Source: Methanomicrobia archaeon
Lineage (GTDB): Archaea; Methanobacteriota_B; Thermococci; Methanofastidiosales; NM3
Length of the DNA stretch: 64,000 bases
Direction: 5' to 3'
NCBI GenBank assembly: GCA_030603445.1
Contig: JAUVXU010000004.1
Span: 42,656-106,655 of the forward strand
Shown here one piece after another: positions 21,050 to 30,757 of the stretch (its first letter is position 1; the number at the start of each line of letters is the position of its first letter). Both the position numbers and the translations under genes were made by a program. The notes beneath the pieces are model-generated. The model did no database searches. It was not told where the DNA came from and worked only from the letters and a program-made list of their open reading frames with translations.

Positions 21050-22150
21050 TCATCTTTTTCTTCTTTTATCCCCTGATTTAGAGGGAGGATTAAATATTTT
21101 CTCATCGACCGCCACCCCCAACCCAGGTTCGTAAGCTGGCTGGATAATACCTTTTTTTATCTTTATGCCTGTTGCAGGCTGATGCTTAAGGAATATAAAC
21201 GTGTCAAGGTCGGCAAACTTCACGTTGCTGCATGCAAGTGCGACATGAAGCGATGCTGCTATTGATATGGCGGTCTCGGCCATGCAACCCATCATGCATG
21301 GTACGCCATATGCCTGTGCCATTGCGACCATCTTAATAGCAGAGGATATTCCTCCGAACCGATTCATCTTGATGTTTGCAATATGCATTGCCTTTTTCTG
21401 CAGCACTTCAGGGAACTGATCGAAGCTATGTATAACTTCGTCTCCTGCAATGCGAAGCGGTGAGGATAATGTTACCTTGGCCATCTCATCAAGGGTCTGT
21501 ACAGGCTGTTCGATAAACTCTATTCCCAGGGAATTTATATCATTGGCAAGCTTTATGGCATCAGCCGTTCCCATGGCGCCGTTGGCATCGCACCTTATCG
21601 TGATGTCGCTTCCGACCTGGTCGCGAACCCCCTGGAGCACCTCTAGACTTAAGGCAGGGTCGCTGTCCAATTTTACCTTTAGTATATCAAAACCCTTTCT
21701 GACCCAAAATGCCGCATCCTTGTACATTGCCTCAGGTTGTGCCAAACCAATTGTCACAGATGTTGCAATCTTCGGCTTGTCATAACCCCAAAGCTCATAG
21801 AGGGGTGCATTGTATTTTTTCCCCAGTATGTCCCACAATGCAATGTTAAAAGCAGACTTTACTGAAGGATTGTGGTAGGTAAGTGATGAAAATGCGGCAT
21901 CCAGATGCTCAATTCGTGCAGGATTTTTCCCAATAATCGCTTTTGAAAACAGTTCTGCGCACTGCATGGAGCTCCTATTGTCCTCGTTGGTAAGGGATGT
22001 TGGGTGGCCGCAGCCGTATCCTGTTATGTCAGTATCTGTCTTTATGCGCACAAAAAGGCATGTGGAATTTGATACACCGCCGCTGGCCGTCTTGAATGCG
22101 GCGTCCAAAGGGACCTTGCGGTATATATAATCTACACTTTCTATCTTCAC
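21050..22150 (-). CDS. enolase-superfamily MR/MLE protein (dipeptide epimerase / o-succinylbenzoate synthase-like)
   Basis: KxK motif 'ILKVKLD'. Metal ligands in 'IRCDANG', 'IEQP' and 'ADLD'. 366 aa. Confidence 0.7.
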   Translation of the reverse strand: MKIESVDYIYRKVPLDAAFKTASGGVSNSTCLFVRIKTDTDITGYGCGHPTSLTNEDNRSSMQCAELFSKAIIGKNPARIEHLDAAFSSLTYHNPSVKSAFNIALWDILGKKYNAPLYELWGYDKPKIATSVTIGLAQPEAMYKDAAFWVRKGFDILKVKLDSDPALSLEVLQGVRDQVGSDITIRCDANGAMGTADAIKLANDINSLGIEFIEQPVQTLDEMAKVTLSSPLRIAGDEVIHSFDQFPEVLQKKAMHIANIKMNRFGGISSAIKMVAMAQAYGVPCMMGCMAETAISIAASLHVALACSNVKFADLDTFIFLKHQPATGIKIKKGIIQPAYEPGLGVAVDEKIFNPPSKSGDKRRKR

Positions 22151-22188
22151 ATGAGGGGATACTATGTGCAGATTTAAAACATTTTGCG

Positions 22189-23079
22189 TTACTTAAGCCT
22201 CTTTATTATGTTCTTGTTTTTATATTTCTCCCGCACTATCGCACCGCGTTCCTCCATCTCTTGGAGCATTCGGGATATCTTGGCCTTTGAAAACTCGGTA
22301 CTGTCCACAATTTCCTTTTGTGTGATGGGGCCGTTTTTTATGAGTTTCCATATCTTGGCCTCATCAGTAGTAAAGCTTATGGAACCTTCTTTTGGTCTTC
22401 TGCTGTAACCAATATACAGCCCTATGGGTAAAAGCAATGCAAATGCTATAAAATAGTAGACAGGCGTCCCTTCATCCCTGCATTCCTTAATGCCAAGAAT
22501 GATATAAAATCCCCTTTCAACAAAAAGGCGTTCCCATCCCACAATAAACGAATCTCCGCTAGAGTAAATATCCGTCGGTGTCGGGACCATGGGCGCAACG
22601 ATGCACATATCTTCAGGGACGATGACGCGAATGCCAAACTTTTCCACTTCCGAGATAAAGTTAAAAGTAGGGGAGAACACGTACTTTTCACTATCTACCC
22701 TTGTTAGCACGGGAGCGATTAATTTAAGCATGACAACGTGCTCTCCCTCTTCTTCTATGACAAAAGAAAGGCGCGATACCTTGCCGATTTCTTCATAGTC
22801 ATGGCTGATCAAGACGTCATCAACGGTCACGGCAACATCCGACAGATGATAAGCGAATGAGAATGAGATGTCCCCGCTAGCAAATACATTTACTTTTGCG
22901 ATGATTACCTCTTCTGCATAACCATCTGAAAGGGGATATATGGTCGAGTCATAACTATTGATGGCATAACTCTCTTCTGCACTAACAAAAGGGAATGATA
23001 AAAATAATACCATCAAAATGAAAGCTGCATAAAAGCATTTCTTAATTGAGCCCACAGTTAATCTTTTAGATCCATTCAT
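22189..23079 (-). CDS. membrane-anchored winged-helix (MarR-like) transcriptional regulator with N-terminal extracytoplasmic domain
   Basis: Signal/TM at N-terminus. ~190-aa extracellular segment. TM 'VYYFIAFALLLPIGLYIGY'. Cytoplasmic wHTH 'IWKLIKNGPITQKEIVDSTEFSKAKISRMLQEMEERGAIVRE'. Confidence 0.55.
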   Translation of the reverse strand: MNGSKRLTVGSIKKCFYAAFILMVLFLSFPFVSAEESYAINSYDSTIYPLSDGYAEEVIIAKVNVFASGDISFSFAYHLSDVAVTVDDVLISHDYEEIGKVSRLSFVIEEEGEHVVMLKLIAPVLTRVDSEKYVFSPTFNFISEVEKFGIRVIVPEDMCIVAPMVPTPTDIYSSGDSFIVGWERLFVERGFYIILGIKECRDEGTPVYYFIAFALLLPIGLYIGYSRRPKEGSISFTTDEAKIWKLIKNGPITQKEIVDSTEFSKAKISRMLQEMEERGAIVREKYKNKNIIKRLK

Positions 23080-23280
23080 ACACTCAACTGTTTTTATCTT
23101 TTATTTTCATCTGTTTACTATGGCACATTATTACTATCAAGTTAAACACAAGAATCGTGATATTTGAATATTAATATACTTTTCTATTCACTGTTAGGAC
23201 AGAACTAAGTTGCGATTCTTATCATAAATTCCCAAACGTTACCTTGGTAGAAGAGCATATGTTGTCATTATAAAAGACGA

Positions 23281-23299
23281 TTAGGTGTTTTGTCCCAAC
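23281..23299. repeat. direct repeat copy 1 (TTAGGTGTTTTGTCCCAAC) upstream of the ASCH gene
   Basis: Matches 23919..23936 at 18/19 positions (one extra G). Found by eye. Confidence 0.7.
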
Positions 23300-23412
23300 A
23301 TATTCAAGCCCCAAATTTTAAATTAATCTGAAAATAATTTAGTAACTCTTAAATATACTTACCTACGTATTTAGACGAAATAGTACCGCAAGAAATGAGG
23401 TGAGAAAAGAAT

Positions 23413-23880
23413 ATGGGGTATGAATCTGTTAAAAAAATGTGGTCAGACTATCTTCTTTCACTTAGTGAAGATTCAGAAAACACTATCAAGGAATACTCTG
23501 TATGGCATTTCTGTAATGACGAAAAATCTGCGAATGAACTTGCAAAATTAGTAAAACTAGGAATTAAAAGAGCTACAACTTCTTCTTTATGGGCGCTTGA
23601 ACACGATAATGAATCAATTCCACATGTTGGAGAATATAGTGTAATCATTGATTGGAATGGTAAAGCACAATGTATTATACAAACAACTAAGGTAGATATT
23701 ATCCCATTTAGTGAAGTATCATCAGAATTCGCAGAAATGGAGGGGGAGGGAGATAAGTCTTTATTTTACTGGAGAGAAGTTCACAAAAAGTTTTTTGCTG
23801 AAGAATTAGAAAGTATTGGGCTTAAATTTTCTGAAGAAATGCCTGTTGTTTGTGAGGAGTTTAAAGTAATATTTCAATAG
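23413..23880 (+). CDS. ASCH-domain protein (YqfB-like)
   Basis: 155 aa. Pattern of beta-barrel residues ('VWHFCND...EL..LV..G.KRAT') is typical of the ASCH/PUA-like fold. The gene and its flanks are markedly AT-rich compared with neighbours. Confidence 0.55.
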   Translation: MGYESVKKMWSDYLLSLSEDSENTIKEYSVWHFCNDEKSANELAKLVKLGIKRATTSSLWALEHDNESIPHVGEYSVIIDWNGKAQCIIQTTKVDIIPFSEVSSEFAEMEGEGDKSLFYWREVHKKFFAEELESIGLKFSEEMPVVCEEFKVIFQ

Positions 23881-23918
23881 AAAATGCAGTATTATCTTGT
23901 CTAGCAGACAATATGCTA

Positions 23919-23936
23919 TTAGGTTTTTGTCCCAAC
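23919..23936. repeat. direct repeat copy 2 (TTAGGTTTTTGTCCCAAC) downstream of the ASCH gene
   Basis: See copy 1. The two copies bracket the ASCH gene, ~640 bp apart. Confidence 0.7.
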
Positions 23937-24094
23937 GCCTTTCTATTTAATAGGCATTAAGGCATAATTATTCTTCACAACAGTTTGCTATTATAGAATT
24001 AAAGCTAATATCGGGCTTTCTTGTAAAAGAGAAGCTGACGAAAAATAGTGCGAATTATTCTTAAATTTTTAATAATAAAAAAAGAAAAGGGATA

Positions 24095-25327
24095 TTAAGG
24101 TTTCCCTTTTCCGTTGTTTTCCTTGTCCGTATTGCCCTTGCCCTTTCCGTTGTTTTCCTTGTCGTTACCGCCATTAGAATCATTAGTGCTAACATTGTGC
24201 AGTATTTCTTTTGCCTTGATAAGCTCATTTAGTGCGGACTCGTAATCGCCTGCATCATAGTACTGCTGGGCGTTTGTGATAAGCCCATCTACCTGGGACA
24301 GCATATCTGCTACTTCCGGATAATCTACTAAAGTATCTCCATATGATTCATAAGCTGCGTCACGCTTATCTGAAACTTCGGCTATCCAGTCAAGTGCCTT
24401 TTGTGCAAGATTTCCTAGCATAGTCCCAGAGGAATCTCCCTCTTCAGAACTTGAATCAAGTATCCTAATAGCGTTGTTTGCCAATGTGTTTGCAGCGTTT
24501 GAAAGACCATACGCCCTACCGTATTTTCCTTCCTCCATAGCGGCAATAGCACGTTCGAGTTTATTAACTGCATTTGCAGATAGAACCATTACGGCCGTTG
24601 ATGGGTTGTCTGTAATGCTTGCTAGAAGCGCATTAATAGATTCCTCTGCAAGAGAGATCATCTCCTGTGCACGGGCCATGACATCTACATCGACTACATC
24701 CTCTTCTTCTGGCTCGTCTTCTGGATCTTCAGGCTCTTCCTCGTCTTCGCCATCAGCGCCTAGTGCAAGCGAATACGACGTGATGCCCTCTTTTTTAAGC
24801 TTTCCTTTCGTCTCATTCGAAACTTCATTTCCGTTTATGAAAATGATTGGGCACCCTGCCTTGAAGCTCTCGTTTAAAGCTGTGGCAATCGCATTCTCGT
24901 CTCCCCCGTTTGCTACAACAACTTTATTTTTCAATGAGTATCTATTAATCAGCCCTTCCATTGCCATGAAGCTTGTTTCCTTGCGATCTTCGCCGCCAAT
25001 TCGTACCACGTCCAAGCCTGCTAATGCGCTTTCATACTCAGAAACCACAGCCATTGGCCCCCCCAATATAAGAACTTGTGAAGGGCATAGCTGCGCGATT
25101 GCATCAGCCACGCTGGGTACAAACTGGCCCCATTCTGTATAAAATATGATTACATCTTCAATCTGATTCGCTATACTTTCAGCTACAGCGGAATCTGCAA
25201 GATTATTTGAAACCAATAAAACAGTAGTTTCGGATGAATCATCAGCAAAAGCTACAGGAATAGTGCTTCCAAGTAATAATACCATAAACACCAATGAAAT
25301 AATCAATTTTCTTATTTTTATCACCAA
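24095..25327 (-). CDS. secreted protein with two CWB2-like (cell-wall-binding repeat 2) modules, an acidic linker and a Lys/Gly/Asn-rich C-terminal repeat
   Basis: Signal peptide 'KLIISLVFMVLLLGSTIPVAFA'. 'VLILGGPMAVVS...VVRIGGEDRKETS' matches the CWB2 'RIxGxDRYxTS' signature. Poly-E/D tract 'EDEEEPEDPEDEPEEED'. C-terminal 'KENNGKGKG' tandem repeat encoded by a 23-bp DNA direct repeat at 24104..24163. Confidence 0.55.
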   Translation of the reverse strand: MVIKIRKLIISLVFMVLLLGSTIPVAFADDSSETTVLLVSNNLADSAVAESIANQIEDVIIFYTEWGQFVPSVADAIAQLCPSQVLILGGPMAVVSEYESALAGLDVVRIGGEDRKETSFMAMEGLINRYSLKNKVVVANGGDENAIATALNESFKAGCPIIFINGNEVSNETKGKLKKEGITSYSLALGADGEDEEEPEDPEDEPEEEDVVDVDVMARAQEMISLAEESINALLASITDNPSTAVMVLSANAVNKLERAIAAMEEGKYGRAYGLSNAANTLANNAIRILDSSSEEGDSSGTMLGNLAQKALDWIAEVSDKRDAAYESYGDTLVDYPEVADMLSQVDGLITNAQQYYDAGDYESALNELIKAKEILHNVSTNDSNGGNDKENNGKGKGNTDKENNGKGKP

Positions 25328-25586
25328 ATACCAATAAATAAATTGTTGTATTTAAGATTTTTCGTTGAAACAATCATGTATTCTAAAAAAAATAAAAATT
25401 ATTAATATTTAAATAATTTTACAATAGTTTTAACTTGTTTCAAGTTGTTCATACCACATAAATACTAGTTATTTTTGGATATATGGGCCATATTATGTTT
25501 TATTTATAATATGGTATAATATCTGCACGTTTCTTGTTCGAAAAAGAGAATCATAAGAAATCAATGTTATTTAATGAGCAACGCCG

Positions 25587-26891
25587 CTAATCCTTTTCGA
25601 TCAAGGGGGCGGTAAAATAAAAGGTTGCTCCCTTTCCCATTTCACTTTCCACCCACAGTTTTCCATCTATCTTTTCGACCATCTTCTTGACCGTTGCCAG
25701 CCCGATCCCGGTTCCTTTTTCCTTCTTGTCGCCCAATCTCTCAAACAACATGAATATCTTGTCAACATAGCGCATATCAATGCCTATCCCATTATCCTTT
25801 ATAGAGAATAGGTATCCCGATGGTTCCTCTTCTATAGTGACCGTGATTTGTACATCGTCGTCGTCTTTCGAAAACTTTATAGCGTTTGTCAACAGATTGC
25901 CTATAATAAGTGAAAAAACAAGTTTTGAGTTGTATATTGTAGATATATCGCTCTCTATATTGAACTTGACATTCTTGTAAGGAAACATATCACGTGCGCG
26001 ATTGTACTCCTCTGTAATCAAATTGCATATGTCGAACTCTTCCTTTCTTGTAGAGCTTTTCTGGATATTGTAGTAGGATACCAGATCATTTAACAGCCGA
26101 TTCATCTTGTTAGCATTGCCTATCAGGCGTTTTATTACTTCTTTCGTATCCTCAGACAATTCAAAACCAATATCTTCCACAAGAATTTCAATTAATGCCC
26201 TAATCGATACAAGTGGCGTCTTGAGATCGTGCGTTAACGAGGAGATATATGTTTGGAGCTCAAAGTTTTGTTCCTCAAGCTGCTTTGTCTTGTGCTCTAT
26301 CTCAATTGCCAGGCGTTTGTTAAAGTCCTTTTGTTTCCCAAATACCTGGGCATTTCGTATGGCAATGGATACTTGATTGGCAAAAAGCTCTAACATCCTT
26401 ATGTCTTCGATATCAGGGGCTTTTCCATCAATGGGATTATCCACATTGAGAATGCCCAACCATCTGTTCTTTGCGCGTATTGGGATCATGAGAAAATCAT
26501 CGCCCTGCCATTTAGACAGGTCCTCATAAACACCATTTCCTATAAGCATCCTCTCTTTAATTTGCTTTGGAACGATGTCCATATGATTGGACATCTCCCG
26601 CGCATAAAAAGAATTGGATATCTTAAACTCAGGTATCTTATACCACTGCGTCCATGCAGAAGGAGAGGACTTTAATATTTTCTCCCTGATATTGTCCGGC
26701 ATGCCCCTTGCAGCCATAGGGCGCGATATCTTCGTTCCCTCGCTGCGAAGCACAATAACTGCCTGCCCCCATCCAAGATTCTTTGTAACAGCAAGGCATA
26801 TTATATCCAATAGTTCGCTAATATCAAGATTAGCACGCATTTTTTCAGAGATTTCTAATATCTTAAGTAAAAGATCTTGGTAATTTCTCAC
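25587..26891 (-). CDS. sensor histidine kinase (GAF-type N-terminal sensor + HisKA + HATPase_c)
   Basis: H-box 'SLTHDLKTPL'. N, G1 and G2 boxes 'NLLTNAIKFS', 'DNGIGI' and 'GTGIGLA'. No TM segment. No cognate receiver gene adjacent. Confidence 0.8.
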   Translation of the reverse strand: MRNYQDLLLKILEISEKMRANLDISELLDIICLAVTKNLGWGQAVIVLRSEGTKISRPMAARGMPDNIREKILKSSPSAWTQWYKIPEFKISNSFYAREMSNHMDIVPKQIKERMLIGNGVYEDLSKWQGDDFLMIPIRAKNRWLGILNVDNPIDGKAPDIEDIRMLELFANQVSIAIRNAQVFGKQKDFNKRLAIEIEHKTKQLEEQNFELQTYISSLTHDLKTPLVSIRALIEILVEDIGFELSEDTKEVIKRLIGNANKMNRLLNDLVSYYNIQKSSTRKEEFDICNLITEEYNRARDMFPYKNVKFNIESDISTIYNSKLVFSLIIGNLLTNAIKFSKDDDDVQITVTIEEEPSGYLFSIKDNGIGIDMRYVDKIFMLFERLGDKKEKGTGIGLATVKKMVEKIDGKLWVESEMGKGATFYFTAPLIEKD

Positions 26892-27017
26892 AATATTTGT
26901 TTTGTAATCTTACATATATACTTTTCTGCATAATAGTTTAGTATATTAATACCAAAAAACAAATATATTTTAATATAATAAAATATATAAAATATTTCCG
27001 TTTATTCATCAAAATTA

Positions 27018-29117
27018 TTATATCAATGTGGAATTCCCTGTAGTGCGCAAATCATCCTTCTCTGAGACCATTATGCCAACTTCCTTTTTTATATTAACAG
27101 CGGTTTTTCTGCCCAATATTCTCTCAAGTCGGCCAAGAGGAGCTTTTCTTATGTCGCCTTTTGTACGTATATTCAAGTTATAGAGTTTTCGAGCACGCAC
27201 ACGCCCTATCCCTTTTATCAGTGTTAGCTCCAGAAGGTCGGGGCCAACACCATTTTTTATCCTGAACACAATTTTATACAAATCATCATGGGAGTAATTG
27301 AACGTTTTTGCGATCTCCTTGAACGCATATGATATCCACTCAGCATTTTCGCGTATCCTTATCAAATCGCCTGGCCCAATATCATACTTTTCACATATAT
27401 TGCGCTCCGGCACCTCAGATATCCAGTCCAGCAAAACTGAGGCTGTCTTCACTTCAGAAAGGAAGAACTCATACTTATCTGGTTCATACCAGGAGTCGGG
27501 GACCTCAATTAGAAAATCATCTTTCATCTCGTGCACTAAAAAGTCATAATCCTCAAACTCCCCTTTTCTCAAATAGAACGTGGGCATGTCGGGTGTATGA
27601 CAAATAGCATGAAGCATTCCGAGAATCTGCATGTTTTCTTTTAATGCACCCTTAAGGCATATTCCTGAAAGCGGATCTATATACAGGTCATTTACCCTTT
27701 TTCCAAATAGCGTTGACCTAATTATTTCTTCACCCTCCACCAAGGCATGTTCCTGGAGAAATTCTAACGTTAAGGCAACCTTTTCCATAACAGTATCTGT
27801 GCCAAACTGATGCGAATAGAACGTCTTTTCAAAAAATGCATATAGGTCCTTGGATGTCGTTTCAGGGTTGCACAAAGAAAGAACATGTCTGCGAAGGGCG
27901 TCTTCTGAGGAAAGCTTGGAAGTTATACGCTCGGTCGGGGCGTTGATATACGTATCAAATAGCATTGTGCACTGGGACGGGGACTTTGCCATTAGTATGG
28001 CCTCCCCATATGTATCAAAGCGCGGCCTTCCTGCACGACCCATCATCTGCTGTATTTCAAGATTTGAAATAGGTCTATTTCCAAGATTTATATCAAATCG
28101 CCGCCAATCCCTAACGACAACCCTTCGTGCAGGGAGATTTATGCCTGCTGCAAGTGTTGGTGTGGCAACGATTACGCGTATCACGCCCTTTTTAAAAAGC
28201 TCCTCGACAAGCGCCCTATCCTCTCGAGCCATTCCCGCATGATGAAATGCAACACCGCCACTTAAACACTCCACAAGCTTATCTCCCAGCTGGGAATCAG
28301 ACGCCGAATGCGCATCGCAGCTTTCGCCTTGTTTCTTATTGTAGAGTGCTATACGTCTTGCCACAGCCTGTGTGGAACGGCGCGAGTTCACAAAGACCAA
28401 CACCTGCCCGTCATCGCGCATACCGTCTGCCACAAGGGACAGGGTATCATCAACCAAAGGCTTAATGGCATGCAGAGAATTGTCATCATATGTTATGCTG
28501 TTTTCGGAAAAAACACCTTTTTTCAGCGTGACCGGACGCCAGTCCGAAACCACAAGCTCTGCACCAAGCCACTCTGCAATTTCAGAAGCATTTGATATTG
28601 TAGCAGATAGTGCCACTATCTGCTTATGCTTCATCTTTACCATCACGACTTCAAGAGTAGGGCCGCGATTAACGGAATGAAGCAAATGGACCTCGTCTAC
28701 GACAAACAAAGATACATCATCAAACATACGCATCTGATGGCGCATAAGAGAATCAAACTTCTCCGAAGTTGTCACGACAACATCAAAATCCCTGAGCCAT
28801 GTGCCGCCTGAATCATAGTCCCCTAAGGAGAGGGCCACATTCAGTCCTATCTGCTTGAGCTCCCTAAACTTCTCCTCTGCCAAAGCCTTGAGAGGAACTA
28901 CATATATTGCCTTTTTACCGCGCTGTATGCAGCGAATTATCGCAAGATAAGCAAGCAGTGTCTTGCCGGATGCCGTAGGGATTGCCACCACAATATTTTT
29001 CCCCTCTAAAAAACCAGTCTTAAGCGCATCCTCCTGGGGGGGAAAGAACGAGGTATATCCCATCTTTTCAAATCGCGAAATGAATTCTTGTGATAGGCCA
29101 ATATCCCTCATATCCAT
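27018..29117 (-). CDS. hel308: Hel308/Hjm Ski2-like DNA helicase
   Basis: Walker A 'PTASGKT'. DExH 'VVDEVH'. Motif VI 'QMMGRAGR'. C-terminal wH, ratchet and HLH domains. 699 aa. Confidence 0.85.
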   Translation of the reverse strand: MDMRDIGLSQEFISRFEKMGYTSFFPPQEDALKTGFLEGKNIVVAIPTASGKTLLAYLAIIRCIQRGKKAIYVVPLKALAEEKFRELKQIGLNVALSLGDYDSGGTWLRDFDVVVTTSEKFDSLMRHQMRMFDDVSLFVVDEVHLLHSVNRGPTLEVVMVKMKHKQIVALSATISNASEIAEWLGAELVVSDWRPVTLKKGVFSENSITYDDNSLHAIKPLVDDTLSLVADGMRDDGQVLVFVNSRRSTQAVARRIALYNKKQGESCDAHSASDSQLGDKLVECLSGGVAFHHAGMAREDRALVEELFKKGVIRVIVATPTLAAGINLPARRVVVRDWRRFDINLGNRPISNLEIQQMMGRAGRPRFDTYGEAILMAKSPSQCTMLFDTYINAPTERITSKLSSEDALRRHVLSLCNPETTSKDLYAFFEKTFYSHQFGTDTVMEKVALTLEFLQEHALVEGEEIIRSTLFGKRVNDLYIDPLSGICLKGALKENMQILGMLHAICHTPDMPTFYLRKGEFEDYDFLVHEMKDDFLIEVPDSWYEPDKYEFFLSEVKTASVLLDWISEVPERNICEKYDIGPGDLIRIRENAEWISYAFKEIAKTFNYSHDDLYKIVFRIKNGVGPDLLELTLIKGIGRVRARKLYNLNIRTKGDIRKAPLGRLERILGRKTAVNIKKEVGIMVSEKDDLRTTGNSTLI

Positions 29118-29163
29118 ACATAAATTTAAATAATGAATATTAAAAACATTTGCAGGGATTTTT

Positions 29164-30465
29164 ATGTTGCAATATGAATATGAGGATTACGAAATACGTG
29201 ATCTCTGGGCTCGTGAGGTCCTTGACTCTAGAGGCAACCCCACCGTAGAGGTGGAAGTGGCTACAGAAGAGGGCCACGGAAAGGCCATAGTGCCCTCAGG
29301 TGCATCCACAGGAACGTATGAAGCACTAGAACTGCGCGACGGAGGGACACGCTTTAGAGGATACGGCGTACTTGACGCTGTTGCCAACGTCAATGATATA
29401 CTCTCAGATGTTGTAATAGGGCTAGATGTCACGAATCAGCAGGAGATAGACTCAAAAATTATTGCCAAAGATAACACGGACGACAAGTCACGCCTTGGTG
29501 CAAACGCCATACTAAGTGTTTCAATGGCATGTGCAGCATGTGCAGCTGACACCACAAAAACCCATCTTTACCAGTACCTTGGCGGAGGGCAAGCACACAT
29601 CTTGCCAGTTCCGATGGCAAACGTGCTAAATGCCGGGAAGCATGGCGCATCAGAACTTGAGATACAGGAGTTCATGATCATGCCGACAGGCACCAAATCT
29701 TTCTCAAAGGCCGTGCGTGCAATATCTGAAACCTACCATCAATTGAAGATTATCGTTGCAAAAAAATATGGGAAAATAAGCACTTGTGTTGGCGATGAAG
29801 GAGGATACTCCCCCCCACTGACATCTGTTGAAGAACCACTTGACATGCTAGTTGAAGCCATCAATGCATCAGGATACAAAAACACTATGAAAATAGCAAT
29901 AGACGCTGCTGCAAACGAGTTTTATAACAAGGAAAAAGGAACCTACACATTAGAAGGAAAAGATGTGTCAAAGGAAGACCTAATAGAAAGGTACATCAGC
30001 CTGACCAGGTCATACCCCCTGGTATCTATAGAAGACCCATTTGCTGAAGACGACTTCGAAAGCTTCATCACCCTCACAAAAGAAATAGGAAAAAAGGTGC
30101 AAATCGTCGGCGATGACATCTTTGTTACCAATCCGGAGAGGATACGAAGAGGCATAAGGGATAATGCAGCAAACGCGCTGTTGCTAAAAGTAAACCAGAT
30201 AGGCACTGTCACCGAAACGCTTGATGCAGCCACAATGGCAATGCGCAGTGGGTGGGGCGTCGTAGTATCCCACAGGTCAGGCGAAACTGAGGACACTTTC
30301 ATTGCAGACCTTTCAGTTGCAATTAACTGCGGGCAGATAAAGACGGGTGCGCCGTGCAGGGGAGAGCGAACTGCAAAATACAATCGTCTGCTTCGTATCG
30401 AGGAGCACTTAGGGGACAAAGCACGCTATGCGGGGAAAAACTTCAGGAACCCATTAGGGGTCTGA
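29164..30465 (+). CDS. eno: enolase (phosphopyruvate hydratase)
   Basis: 433 aa. Signature 'SHRSGETED' and 'LLLKVNQIGT' present. Confidence 0.9.
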   Translation: MLQYEYEDYEIRDLWAREVLDSRGNPTVEVEVATEEGHGKAIVPSGASTGTYEALELRDGGTRFRGYGVLDAVANVNDILSDVVIGLDVTNQQEIDSKIIAKDNTDDKSRLGANAILSVSMACAACAADTTKTHLYQYLGGGQAHILPVPMANVLNAGKHGASELEIQEFMIMPTGTKSFSKAVRAISETYHQLKIIVAKKYGKISTCVGDEGGYSPPLTSVEEPLDMLVEAINASGYKNTMKIAIDAAANEFYNKEKGTYTLEGKDVSKEDLIERYISLTRSYPLVSIEDPFAEDDFESFITLTKEIGKKVQIVGDDIFVTNPERIRRGIRDNAANALLLKVNQIGTVTETLDAATMAMRSGWGVVVSHRSGETEDTFIADLSVAINCGQIKTGAPCRGERTAKYNRLLRIEEHLGDKARYAGKNFRNPLGV

Positions 30466-30757
30466 ATGTTTTTATTTTTTGTGCCAACATAATATTTTTA
30501 AAGTATATCCAAGAACTTTGGATGATGGATGATGATATCGACAGCGTCTGATAGATGATGAGAGATGGGCGGTCTGACATCATATACAATTAAAACTTGA
30601 AAATAAGCAATAATTAAATACAAAATAATGTCTATAATTATCATATAATATATTATTATAGGCACATTGACATATATATAAGGAAAATATTTATAAAATG
30701 AATATTTTTCCTTATTAAATATATATCTTAATATAATTTAAAGAGAGGAGACATGAA

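Noticed and set aside
30466-30757. AT-rich 290-bp leader upstream of aspartate kinase examined for a riboswitch or attenuator
   Set aside because: No conserved riboswitch core (lysine, SAM or T-box-like) was recognisable by eye. Archaeal amino-acid operons generally use protein regulators. It was treated as an ordinary promoter region.
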